A stretch of 64,000 nucleotides of DNA from an uncultured Clostridia bacterium (lineage in GTDB: Bacteria; Bacillota; Clostridia; TANB77; CAG-465). The notes under the pieces are model-generated. The model was not told where the DNA came from. It made no database searches and saw only the letters and a list, made by a program, of their open reading frames with translations. The stretch is taken from NCBI GenBank assembly GCA_944383015.1, contig CALWOC010000002.1, positions 177,972 through 241,971 on the forward strand, in the 5' to 3' direction. Made by a program: the position numbers and the translations under genes. This document shows, piece after piece, positions 27,401 through 37,365 of this stretch (positions are counted from its first letter, which is position 1; each line of letters begins with the position of its first letter).

Positions 27401-28173
27401 TGGCAGAATTAATAGCTGGAAGTGAAGAAAATTTTGTTATGGCAATGAATGCAAAAGCAAAAGAGTTAGGCATGGAAAATACACATTTTGTAAATTCTCA
27501 TGGGATTGATGAAGAAGGGCATTATACTTGTGCTAAAGATATAGCTATAATGGCAAGAGAGCTTATAACAAAACATCCTAATATTTTAAATTATACTTCT
27601 ATTTGGATGGATACTTTAAGGGATGGAACTACAGAACTTACAAGCACAAATAAACTAATTCGATTTTATGATGGAGCGACTGGGCTTAAAACAGGATACA
27701 CATCAAATGCTTTGTATAATTTAGTTGGAACTGCAACAAGAGGAGATACTACTTTTATTACTGTAATAATGAGAGCTCCAACTTCAGATATCAGACTTGC
27801 TGAAACTAAGACTTTGCTTGATTACGGATTTGCAACTTATGAAACAAAGAAAATATGTTCATCAAATACAGTACTTGAAGAAATGGATATAAATAAAAGT
27901 ATAGATCAAAAGCTTGAAACAAGACTTGAAGATGATATTTATAGTTTAATGGAAAAAGGAAAGAAGGTTGAAACTGAGCAAATAATAACGTATAATGAAA
28001 ATTTGAGCGCTCCAATTGAGCCAAATCAAATTGTAGGAAAAATACAAATTATAAATAAAGATAGCAAAGAAATTATTGGTCAGACAAATATTATTTCTAA
28101 TAATTTAGTTGAAAAATCTAACTTTTTAGACTATCTAAAATTTATTTTTAAAAAGTTTCTCTTAAATTTTTAA
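27385..28173 (+). pseudogene. dacF: 3' portion of D-alanyl-D-alanine carboxypeptidase (DacF-like), interrupted by the ICE
   Basis: DVTVAMAELIAGSEENFV...GLKTG and PBP5 C-terminal domain present; signal peptide, SxxK and SxN missing; no RBS. Confidence 0.8.
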
Positions 28174-28297
28174 GAGAAACTATTTTTTTTTGCAACAAAA
28201 TAGTATATTTTTATACTCATATATATGTAGGCTTTTTTTAAATTGTAATTTATTTAAAAATAAAGTATAATTTATGTATATTACAAGGTGGTTTAAT

Positions 28298-28828
28298 ATG
28301 GAAGAATTGTTGGAAAAAGCAAGGCAAGGAGATGGGAAAGCTTTCGAAAAAATAGTTAATAGTATAAAACATGAATTATATATTATTGCTATATCAAGAC
28401 TTTCGGATTCAAGTCTTGCAGAAGATGTAATTCAAGATACAATAATATCTCTTTATGAGAATATATATAAAATTAGGGAACCAGATAAAATAAAAAAATG
28501 GTGCATTGTGGTATTAATTAATAAATGTAAGAAAATAAAGAGGAAAAATAAAATAAAGGAAATTTCTTATGATGAAATTAATTGTGATAGATTTTTATAC
28601 TCAAGAGATGAATATAAGGAATTAATAGATGAAGTAAGTTTTTTTCAAATTATTGATGAATTATCTGAACAGGATAAGTTAATTACTACTTTATTTTACA
28701 GTAGTAATCAAACCACAAAAGAGATATCTAAGATTTTAAATATTAATGAAAGTACAATTAGAAGTAGAATTAGTAGAATAAGAAATGAGATAAGAAGAAA
28801 AATAGGTGATGAAAATGATAAAAGATGA
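28298..28828 (+). CDS. ECF RNA polymerase sigma factor
   Basis: KARQGDGKAF, AEDVIQDT, EISKILNINESTIRSRISR. Confidence 0.9.
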   Translation: MEELLEKARQGDGKAFEKIVNSIKHELYIIAISRLSDSSLAEDVIQDTIISLYENIYKIREPDKIKKWCIVVLINKCKKIKRKNKIKEISYDEINCDRFLYSRDEYKELIDEVSFFQIIDELSEQDKLITTLFYSSNQTTKEISKILNINESTIRSRISRIRNEIRRKIGDENDKR

Positions 28829-29561
28829 AGAGTTAGATAAAATTATAAAAGATAAAGTAAAACAGGTTAAAACACTAGATTATACAACTGATGAGATTCA
28901 ATCATTTATGAAAAAAGGAAAAAGAAGACGATATATAAAAAATATTATAAAATTTACAAGTGTGTTCGTAGTTATTATCTTTTCTTGTACAATTTTATTT
29001 TTTAATAACAAAATAAATTCTGATGGGGAAATGAGAAAAAATATAATTTCTAATAAAAATGAATATAGTTCTAAAATAGTAGATACAAAATATATAGATA
29101 GTTTTGGAACAGCTTTAACATATAGACCTAATTATGATAGGAGATATATTGTTAAAGTAGAGGAAATAGATAAAGAAGAATTGAATGGATTTTATGCTTG
29201 TGTATATGTGAAAGCTTCAATTATTAGAGTTATTGAAGGAGAAGTGGAAGAAAATATTAATTTTACTATAGATGAAGCTAAAGTAAATATTTTAAAATAT
29301 GAAGAAGAAACCAAAGATCTTCAAACATATAGTGGTTATAGCGATGAAGAAAAAGAGAAAAATTATATTATAGTTACAAACGATTTTAAATTAAACAATA
29401 AATCTTATCCTGAAATTAATAAAACATATATAGTAAGTCTGTATAAAAATGATGAAGGAGAATTAATTGTAGATAATTTAGCAAAATATAGTTTTTGTGA
29501 AGTTGATTTGGATAAAAATTTAGTTTATATATATAATAATTGGGAACAAATTGAATTATAG
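28806..29561 (+). CDS. Putative anti-sigma factor
   Basis: Single TM, overlaps ECF sigma gene. Confidence 0.65.
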   Translation: MMKMIKDEELDKIIKDKVKQVKTLDYTTDEIQSFMKKGKRRRYIKNIIKFTSVFVVIIFSCTILFFNNKINSDGEMRKNIISNKNEYSSKIVDTKYIDSFGTALTYRPNYDRRYIVKVEEIDKEELNGFYACVYVKASIIRVIEGEVEENINFTIDEAKVNILKYEEETKDLQTYSGYSDEEKEKNYIIVTNDFKLNNKSYPEINKTYIVSLYKNDEGELIVDNLAKYSFCEVDLDKNLVYIYNNWEQIEL

Positions 29562-29578
29562 TAGAAAGGAGTTTATTT

Positions 29579-30253
29579 ATGGAAAAAAATATTATTTTAA
29601 AAAATGGGGTAAAAGAGTTTAGTTTAAAAGATGAAAAAATAATTGCACTTAATGATGTTAGTGTAGAATTTAAAACAGGAAAGCTTTATGTTATTATGGG
29701 ACATTCGGGTTCTGGTAAAAGCACATTAATACAAATACTTGGGCTTTTAGATGATTTAAGTAGTGGAAATTTATATTTTAATGGACAAGATGTATCAAAT
29801 ATTTCAGAGGATGAAAAAGCGGATATAAGAAAAAAAGAAATTGGCTTTGTATTTCAATCTTTTTATTTAAATCCTAAATTAACCGCAATTGAAAATGTTA
29901 TGCTTCCAATGTATATAAATAAAGAAATTGAAAGAAATAATAGAAGAAGAAGGGCACTAAAACTTTTAACAAATTTTGGATTAGAAAATAGAGTTAATCA
30001 CTATCCAAAAGAATTATCTGGAGGAGAACAACAAAGAATTGCAATAGCAAGAGCTTTAGCAAATGATCCTAGCTTTATCTTAGCAGATGAGCCTACTGGA
30101 AATCTTGATGTAGAAAATGAAAAGATTGTATATGAAACATTAAGAAATCTTGCTGATTCTGGAAAATCAGTTATTGTAGTAAGTCATAATGAGAATATTA
30201 AAGATTATGCAGATAAAATTTTATATATGAATTTAGGAAAGCTGAGTGAATAG
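29579..30253 (+). CDS. ABC transporter ATP-binding protein (LolD/MacB type)
   Basis: GHSGSGKS, LSGGEQQR, ILADEPTGNLD. Confidence 0.95.
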   Translation: MEKNIILKNGVKEFSLKDEKIIALNDVSVEFKTGKLYVIMGHSGSGKSTLIQILGLLDDLSSGNLYFNGQDVSNISEDEKADIRKKEIGFVFQSFYLNPKLTAIENVMLPMYINKEIERNNRRRRALKLLTNFGLENRVNHYPKELSGGEQQRIAIARALANDPSFILADEPTGNLDVENEKIVYETLRNLADSGKSVIVVSHNENIKDYADKILYMNLGKLSE

Positions 30254-30255
30254 AA

Positions 30256-31518
30256 ATGAAAGTAAGAGATTATATATTTTTAGCATTTAAAAATCTTGTA
30301 AGAAGAAAAAAAGGAATTGTTTCAAGTGTAATTTTAATTGTTATTTCTGTAATTATTTCTACTTTAGTTTTAAGTTTTAGTTTGTCAGTTGGAAACTATA
30401 TGAATAGAGCGTTAATAAACAATGTTTCATATAGAACAATTGTTATACTTGGAGTGCCTCAGGATAAGCAAGAAGAAGTAATTGAAAGTCTTAAGAAAAT
30501 AGAACATATATCAAATGCTGTTAAAGAAAGCGAAGAAAGAACAATGACATCAATACATGTAAATAATGTTCAAAACTTAGGTAAAGATTTTACTATAGGC
30601 TTTAATGGTGTTGATATAACAACACAACCTGAAGTTATTTTAGGAAGAAAAATAAAAGAAGGAGAGAAAAATGTATGTATAATTCCTAATAAGATATATC
30701 CTCCTAAAAAAATTATAGATACTAGTTTTGATAAAGAGGCATATATAAGTGGAGAAGATTTACTAGGGAAAATGATAGAAGTGAGCTATAATTCATATGA
30801 TGAAAGTTCAGGAGATAGAGTTATAAATAAAACGTTTCAAGATGAATATGAAATAGTGGGAGTATATGATGTTGATGAATATCCATTACTGGAAAGTTGG
30901 TATGTTCCTTTTGATAATATAATAAATATTAATAATAATGTTGAAGAAAATACTATATTAAATCCTAATGTTACATATGGAGAATATAGTGAACAAATAA
31001 GTGCATATGTAGATAGCGCATTAAATTTAGATAGTACTATAGAAAAAGTAGAGGAACTTGGATATAGATGTATTATCAGAAGTACAGCTAATACATATAT
31101 AGTAATTATAATAAATGTTGTAGTAGGTATTGTACTTACTGTATTGTTATTTATAGTATTAACTATTATTACGTCATCAAGTATTAAATCATTAGATGAT
31201 AGAAAGTATGAAATTGGAATGCTAAAGGCGATTGGATATAAAAATAAATATATAAGAAATATGCTACTTTGTGAAAATTTAGTTATAAGTATTGGTGCAT
31301 ATTTATTAGGAATAATCATATCAATTATAGCAATGTCAGTAATAAAAATAAATATTTTAGATAAAAGTGAAGACTTTAGCCAGCTAAATTGTAATTTAAA
31401 TGTTTGGGTATGTTTTATTGCTTTATTATTTGCAATTATTGTGCCTACTATATCAACATATTTGGGTGGAAAAGGTATATTTAAAAGAACGCCAATATCA
31501 CTTAACAAAGAAAGATAG
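30256..31518 (+). CDS. ABC transporter permease (FtsX/MacB-like)
   Basis: N-terminal TM, extracellular loop, RKYEIGMLKAIG, three C-terminal TM. Confidence 0.9.
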   Translation: MKVRDYIFLAFKNLVRRKKGIVSSVILIVISVIISTLVLSFSLSVGNYMNRALINNVSYRTIVILGVPQDKQEEVIESLKKIEHISNAVKESEERTMTSIHVNNVQNLGKDFTIGFNGVDITTQPEVILGRKIKEGEKNVCIIPNKIYPPKKIIDTSFDKEAYISGEDLLGKMIEVSYNSYDESSGDRVINKTFQDEYEIVGVYDVDEYPLLESWYVPFDNIININNNVEENTILNPNVTYGEYSEQISAYVDSALNLDSTIEKVEELGYRCIIRSTANTYIVIIINVVVGIVLTVLLFIVLTIITSSSIKSLDDRKYEIGMLKAIGYKNKYIRNMLLCENLVISIGAYLLGIIISIIAMSVIKINILDKSEDFSQLNCNLNVWVCFIALLFAIIVPTISTYLGGKGIFKRTPISLNKER

Positions 31519-31526
31519 GTGATTAT

Positions 31527-32651
31527 ATGAATTTACTAAAACCTTCTTTTAATACGTTTTTTAAGAGCAAACATTTAATTATAAATATTGTATCTATATC
31601 TTTAATTTTTGGAGTTATAATATCAATATTTTATAGTATGGTATTATTAAATGATTTATTAGAAGATAGAATAAAAAATAATATTATAAATAGAGTAATA
31701 CATATTAGTAGTGATTATTTTTTAGAAAGCGATATTGAAAAATTAAATAATTTAGAAAATATTGAGGCAGCATATAGAACAGTTCAAATAGGAAGAAATG
31801 TTATACTAGATAAAAATTATACTTTTACTTTAGGATATTGTATGCCAGAAGAAATTAAAGATATTAGTAAAGGAAATTTATTTGATAATACTTCAAATTA
31901 TCAAATTATAATACCAAATTATGTATATGATAGTACAGGTGAAAAAGTAGATATATCTAAATATCTAGAAAAAGAAGTGGAGATTGCTGTAAATGATATT
32001 AATGTATTAGCAAAAGTTGTTGGAATACAAGATAATAATTCTACTTTTATATATATAAATGAAAATTTAAAGAATTACCTTGTAAGTGTCGATGACAAAA
32101 TAGAAGCCAAAGGCTATATATGTGCTATAGTAGATGATTATAGAAATGTAGATATAGTTATAGATAAGTTAAAAGCTGAATTTGAATATGGTGCTAATTT
32201 AAGTGATACTAGGGGACAATCAGATATAAAACTATATAATATGGCATCTTTTTTAGTAATTTTAGTATTAATTTTAGCAGTTGGATTTAACTATATTTCA
32301 GCAAGTATGATTGTATCAAGAATTATAAGTGATGAAGCTATGGATATTGCAATATTTAAAGCTATAGGATATAGAGTAAAAGATATATGTAAGATTATAA
32401 CATATAGAATTTTTGCGATAATTGGAATTTCAAGTATCTTTTCTCTTTTTATAGCTTTAATAGTAAATAAGGTTATAAGCTTTGTATTAAAATATAAATT
32501 AGATATAATTTTAAAAGATAATTATTGTATTTTTTTGGGTAGTTTTTTAGTTTTTGTATTTTTAATTTTTGCTTTATCATTATTATGTATAAAAATTAAT
32601 AAGAGAAAAATTAAAAAAATTAATACTATTGAATTATTAAAGGAAGATTAA
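31527..32651 (+). CDS. ABC transporter permease (FtsX-like)
   Basis: DIAIFKAIGY, same topology. Confidence 0.88.
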   Translation: MNLLKPSFNTFFKSKHLIINIVSISLIFGVIISIFYSMVLLNDLLEDRIKNNIINRVIHISSDYFLESDIEKLNNLENIEAAYRTVQIGRNVILDKNYTFTLGYCMPEEIKDISKGNLFDNTSNYQIIIPNYVYDSTGEKVDISKYLEKEVEIAVNDINVLAKVVGIQDNNSTFIYINENLKNYLVSVDDKIEAKGYICAIVDDYRNVDIVIDKLKAEFEYGANLSDTRGQSDIKLYNMASFLVILVLILAVGFNYISASMIVSRIISDEAMDIAIFKAIGYRVKDICKIITYRIFAIIGISSIFSLFIALIVNKVISFVLKYKLDIILKDNYCIFLGSFLVFVFLIFALSLLCIKINKRKIKKINTIELLKED

Positions 32652-32657
32652 ATTATT

Positions 32658-32690
32658 AAGTATCTCTAAAAAATTGGAGATACTTTTTTT
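32658..32690 (+). terminator. Intrinsic terminator
   Basis: aagtatctc...gagatactt plus T run. Confidence 0.7.
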
Positions 32691-32873
32691 GACAATTTTT
32701 TTTACTTTTTAATACACAAGCATGACATTCTAATTACAAATATGTTTCATTCTAAAACACGACCTTTATTTTAAATTTTCGCGGTTGATTTTTTATGGAA
32801 TTAGAGATATACTAAATTAAGAAAACTGACCGAAAAATTAAGGGTTTTGATAGTTTATGGAGGTTGATAATAA

Positions 32874-33914
32874 ATGATAGGAATGAGTCAGATTAAAAAG
32901 AAAACTATACAGGGAATTTTAATTGGTGCAAGTGTAGGAATTGTTGTAGCTGTAGGAGTTAGCGTGTTTTCATTTTTTACAATCAAATCATATAAAGATG
33001 GAACTAATAAAAACTATATAGAGAATTATACTACACCTGTTGTTGTGTTAAAAAGAAATGTTGTACAAGGTGAGATAATAACTCAAGATATGATAGAGAC
33101 TGTTAATGTTAATAATAGCACAGTACCTACTGGAGTTGTTGATTCTACAGGTGTCGTAGGACTTACTGCCAAATATAATATAGCGGCAAAAGTACCAATT
33201 ACAACTGATATGGTTACAAGTGAAGTCGTTTCATCAGATATAAGAGATGTTGAGATAAATACAGTGCTTATGCCAAGTGATTTGGTTGAGGGAGATACAA
33301 TTGATATAAGAATAACATTCCCAAATGGTACAGACTATATTGTTCTTGCTCAAAAAACTGTAGATAAAATATATGATACAACATTTTGGTTAAAATTATC
33401 TGAAGATGAAATACAGCTATTAAACAGTGCTGTTGTAGATTCATATTTGTATAGTGGTTCTAAACTATATGCGTTAAGATACACAGATAGTGATGCACAA
33501 GTAAAAACTGCAGATTTGGAAGATATTCAAAGTGAAACTAAAGGATATATTCAAAGTCTAATTGAAGATGATTGGGAAAATATCATAGATATGGACGCTA
33601 CAGAAGCTTCTTCAATGATATTTGATTTAATATATGAATATAAAAACTTTGCAAATGCAGCAACTAAAACTACACAAAACTATCAACCAAATACTTTTGT
33701 TATAAGTGCTATGAAATCTAATCAATATTTGTTACAAAATGCAACTAGTGAACTTTCAAGACTAAATGCAGAAGCTAGATCAACTATTGAGAGTGGAATT
33801 GATAACTATAGATCACAAAATAGTGATAATTATGAAAATGTTGTTACTGGAGCACAACAATCAATTATTAATCAACAAGTTGAAAGGGAAAACTTATTAG
33901 AAGGAAATATATAG
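32874..33914 (+). CDS. SAF-domain protein (CpaB/RcpC-like pilus assembly protein)
   Basis: N-terminal TM, VVLKRNVVQGEIITQDM SAF motif, GDTIDIRI. Confidence 0.75.
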   Translation: MIGMSQIKKKTIQGILIGASVGIVVAVGVSVFSFFTIKSYKDGTNKNYIENYTTPVVVLKRNVVQGEIITQDMIETVNVNNSTVPTGVVDSTGVVGLTAKYNIAAKVPITTDMVTSEVVSSDIRDVEINTVLMPSDLVEGDTIDIRITFPNGTDYIVLAQKTVDKIYDTTFWLKLSEDEIQLLNSAVVDSYLYSGSKLYALRYTDSDAQVKTADLEDIQSETKGYIQSLIEDDWENIIDMDATEASSMIFDLIYEYKNFANAATKTTQNYQPNTFVISAMKSNQYLLQNATSELSRLNAEARSTIESGIDNYRSQNSDNYENVVTGAQQSIINQQVERENLLEGNI

Positions 33915-33932
33915 CAGTTTGGAGGGTAATAA

Positions 33933-34640
33933 ATGCAAGTAATTGGAATGTATGGTTATGTAGATAAGTATGATTTTATTATTGCAACAGCAAGAACTTT
34001 AAACATAATGGATAAGTCAGTGTTAGTTATAGATGCTACATCAGACAATAAATATAAATATATTATTCCAACAATAGATAATAATACAAGTTATATTACA
34101 AAGTATTGTGACATTGACTTTGCTGTTGGTTTTGAGTCATATGAAGCTTTAGAAGAATTTTTAAAGGAAAAAAATATAGATATAAATTTATATAATTACG
34201 TCTTAATAGATGTGGAAAATGCGGATATGTATAGTAAGTTTAAAGGGCTAAATGTGGATAAAGCATATATGTATATAGATACGAATGTTTTATCTGTATC
34301 TAAAAATCAAGAGCTAGTTCAAAAGATGAGAGAAGAAAATCCAGATAAAGAGTTGGTATTTTCAAAAATTCTTTATCGTGCATATTTATCTAGAGCGGCA
34401 ACTAATTATCTTGAAGAGAAAATAAGTAATTATGCAGTAAAGTGGACTGACGAGGTATATGACATTAGTACAGATGAACAAGATGTGATGGTAAATATTG
34501 ATTCTCAATTTAGTGGACTAATTGATATTAGAAAGCATACAAAGACATATGTTTTATATATGTGTGAGTTTATATCTAAACTATTAGGAGATGAATCTCC
34601 AAAGAATATATTAAAAGAAATAAAAAGGAGGAAGAATTAA
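33933..34640 (+). CDS. Degenerate ParA/MinD-like protein
   Basis: KSVLVIDAT, YVLIDV; Walker A degenerate. Confidence 0.6.
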   Translation: MQVIGMYGYVDKYDFIIATARTLNIMDKSVLVIDATSDNKYKYIIPTIDNNTSYITKYCDIDFAVGFESYEALEEFLKEKNIDINLYNYVLIDVENADMYSKFKGLNVDKAYMYIDTNVLSVSKNQELVQKMREENPDKELVFSKILYRAYLSRAATNYLEEKISNYAVKWTDEVYDISTDEQDVMVNIDSQFSGLIDIRKHTKTYVLYMCEFISKLLGDESPKNILKEIKRRKN

Positions 34641-35452
34641 TGGCAAAGATAGTGTTTTGGAGTCCTGAAGAAGGGAAGACTGGTTGTACACATGTTGCTA
34701 TTGCAGTTAGTTCTTTAATGGGAATTACTCATAAGACTTCTTCACTTTTAATAGATGCAAATTCAAATGCAAAAAAGATTGCATCTTCTTATACAATGTA
34801 TGAAGATTTAATGAATGCAAATAGTTTTAATGATACAAATTTAGGTATGAATGCAATTATGCGTCTTATAAAAAGTAATAAATTATCTCCAGATATAATA
34901 CAAAATTATTCTAAGCCAGTACTTAAGGGAAGACTTGATATTTTGTATAGTGCAATTGCAAATACAACGACTGAAAAAAGAGAAAATTTACTTAGTATGC
35001 CTCTTATTGCTAAAAATGCAGATGAAGTATATGATTTAGTTTTTATTGATTTACCTAAAACTACAACCGATGATAGTGCAATTCGAGTAATGGAACAAGC
35101 TGATATAATAGTGTGTGTAATACCACAAGAAATAGAAAAATTAAGTAATTCTTTAAAAAAGATTAATGGAATAGACAGTATAAAAGAAAAACAAAAAATA
35201 TTTGTTTTAGGAGATTATGAATCTGGTTCTAAATATAATATTTTTAATGTTAAGTTAAAATATAAGATACCAGAGCCATGCTATGTTCTACCTCATAATT
35301 ATTTATTTACAGATGCATGTAATGATGGAAACGTTTTAGATTATTTGTATAGAAATATAAATGCTCCTGCAAAGGACTATAATGGAGATTTTATATTAAG
35401 AGCAACAGAGATAGTAGAAGAAATTGTAAAAATTTTAAAAATAAAAGAATAA
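34640..35452 (+). CDS. ParA/MinD-like ATPase (CpaE/TadZ-like)
   Basis: WSPEEGKTGCT, LLIDAN, YDLVFIDLP, ADIIV. Confidence 0.7.
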   Translation: MAKIVFWSPEEGKTGCTHVAIAVSSLMGITHKTSSLLIDANSNAKKIASSYTMYEDLMNANSFNDTNLGMNAIMRLIKSNKLSPDIIQNYSKPVLKGRLDILYSAIANTTTEKRENLLSMPLIAKNADEVYDLVFIDLPKTTTDDSAIRVMEQADIIVCVIPQEIEKLSNSLKKINGIDSIKEKQKIFVLGDYESGSKYNIFNVKLKYKIPEPCYVLPHNYLFTDACNDGNVLDYLYRNINAPAKDYNGDFILRATEIVEEIVKILKIKE

Positions 35453-35462
35453 GAGGGGTGAT

Positions 35463-37361
35463 ATGATGTCAGTTGCATTTATATTTAATATTTTGTTAAT
35501 ACTACTCTTAATAGCTTTTGTAGCAGCTTTTTTCTATTATAAAGTAAAAAAATCTGGTGCAGATCAAATTGTAGAAGATAGTCTTACAAGAGAAAAAACA
35601 AAATATAGTCTTTCTACTATGCAAAATTATATAAAAAAGCAATTTGATGAGATAACTAGAATGAATTTATATGATTTAGCATTGTCAGAAGAAGAATTTG
35701 AAAGAAGAAAAAATGTTAAATATGAATTAAAAAGAGCATTAAAAGGAGCAGGTTATGCTGATGTTAATGACAAAAAATATGTTAAATCTTTAATGTTTGA
35801 TTTATTAAAAAATGACTATAAGGTAAATAATTTTAATATTAATCATGCAATTCCATTTAATAATTTTAATGAATTGACATCTCAAGATAAATTTGAAATT
35901 TTAATGCATATATATAAAAAGACATATAAGGCTGAAGCATTAACAAAAATAATAACAAAATATGCTTTAGATTATCCTAAATATGAATTTGATGCTACTG
36001 TTCCTTCTTATGTAATAACAGCTAGAGAAATAGATGATATATTTACAAATGAAGTTTCAACTGAGACTCTATCTTTTGAGGATAAGCTTGAGATAGTGGT
36101 TCAAAGAATATATCAAGAATATAAAGGATATAGTGTAGTTGATGATATAAGAGATATGAATATAGATGGTGTATCTGGTGGTGTATCTGGTATTCCTCCA
36201 TCATTTCTTGATCAGTTAAGTGATATGGATGATTATTTAACACAAATGAATGAGACAAAAATACCAATGTCATATGATTCAGTTTGGATATTCTATAAAG
36301 GTAAAGCAACATATCTGTCTTTCTTATCTTTTGGTAGTGAAGCAGAGCTTAAAAGGGTATGTCAAAATATATATAAGTATAATAATCCAGGACAATTATC
36401 TGAGTCTGTAGGGTATAAAATTAATGAGATGAAAGATGGTTCCAGAGTAGTAGTTTTAAGACCAAACTTTTCAGAATCATGGGCATTTTTCGTAAGAAAG
36501 TTTGCTCCTCCTACATTAATATCACCTGAACAATTACTTGTTCATGAGAACAAAGATAATGTTGTAGAGTTATTAAAATATTTAATTAGAGGTGCAAGAG
36601 TTACAGCTATAACTGGTGAGCAAGGCTGTGGTAAAACAACACTTTTGATGGCAATAATGAAATTTTTGTATCCTACAATTACTATTCGTGTGCAAGAGAC
36701 AGCATTTGAATTACATTTAAGAAAAATATATCCACATCACAATATTTTGTCTTTAAGAGAGACTGATACAATAACAGGACAAGAGGGACTTGATGTTCAA
36801 AAGAAAACAGATGGTGGAGTAAATATCCTTGGAGAGGTTGCAACAGATCCTGTTGCAGCGTGGATGATACAGATGGCACAAGTTGCATCTAAATTTACAC
36901 TATTTACTCATCACGCAAAGACATTTCCTAATTTAATAACTTCATTAAGAAACTCTTTATTAAAGATAGGAATGTTTAATTCAGAGCAGGTAGCAGAGGT
37001 ACAAGTTGTTCAAGTAATAAATTTTGATATACATTTAAAAAGAGCTGTTGATGGAACTAGATATATTGAGAGAATTACAGAATGTATTCCACTTGAACAA
37101 ACATATTCATATAATAATGATTATAGAAAAGTAAAGGATATTAATCAAAAGCTTGATAAATTTATGGATAATGCAGTTGAGTATTTTCAACATATGACTC
37201 AATCACAAAACTATACTTATAGAAATATTGTGGAGTTTATTGATGGAAAATATGTATTTAAAAATCCAATTAGTGAAGAAAATATCAGAGCTATGAGAGA
37301 TAATATGTCAGCAGAAGATGTGAAAGCTTTTGATAATTTCTTAGATATAGCTTGGAGGTGA
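35463..37361 (+). CDS. CpaF/TadA-like pilus assembly ATPase with N-terminal TM
   Basis: DGSRV, FFVRKF, GEQGCGKTT, ILGEV, LFTHHA, RYIERITE. Confidence 0.85.
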   Translation: MMSVAFIFNILLILLLIAFVAAFFYYKVKKSGADQIVEDSLTREKTKYSLSTMQNYIKKQFDEITRMNLYDLALSEEEFERRKNVKYELKRALKGAGYADVNDKKYVKSLMFDLLKNDYKVNNFNINHAIPFNNFNELTSQDKFEILMHIYKKTYKAEALTKIITKYALDYPKYEFDATVPSYVITAREIDDIFTNEVSTETLSFEDKLEIVVQRIYQEYKGYSVVDDIRDMNIDGVSGGVSGIPPSFLDQLSDMDDYLTQMNETKIPMSYDSVWIFYKGKATYLSFLSFGSEAELKRVCQNIYKYNNPGQLSESVGYKINEMKDGSRVVVLRPNFSESWAFFVRKFAPPTLISPEQLLVHENKDNVVELLKYLIRGARVTAITGEQGCGKTTLLMAIMKFLYPTITIRVQETAFELHLRKIYPHHNILSLRETDTITGQEGLDVQKKTDGGVNILGEVATDPVAAWMIQMAQVASKFTLFTHHAKTFPNLITSLRNSLLKIGMFNSEQVAEVQVVQVINFDIHLKRAVDGTRYIERITECIPLEQTYSYNNDYRKVKDINQKLDKFMDNAVEYFQHMTQSQNYTYRNIVEFIDGKYVFKNPISEENIRAMRDNMSAEDVKAFDNFLDIAWR

Positions 37362-37365
37362 TAAA

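Noticed and set aside
27400-28173. Complete carboxypeptidase starting at ATG 27400
   Set aside because: Lacks signal peptide, SxxK and SxN; homology extends upstream of the ATG; no RBS
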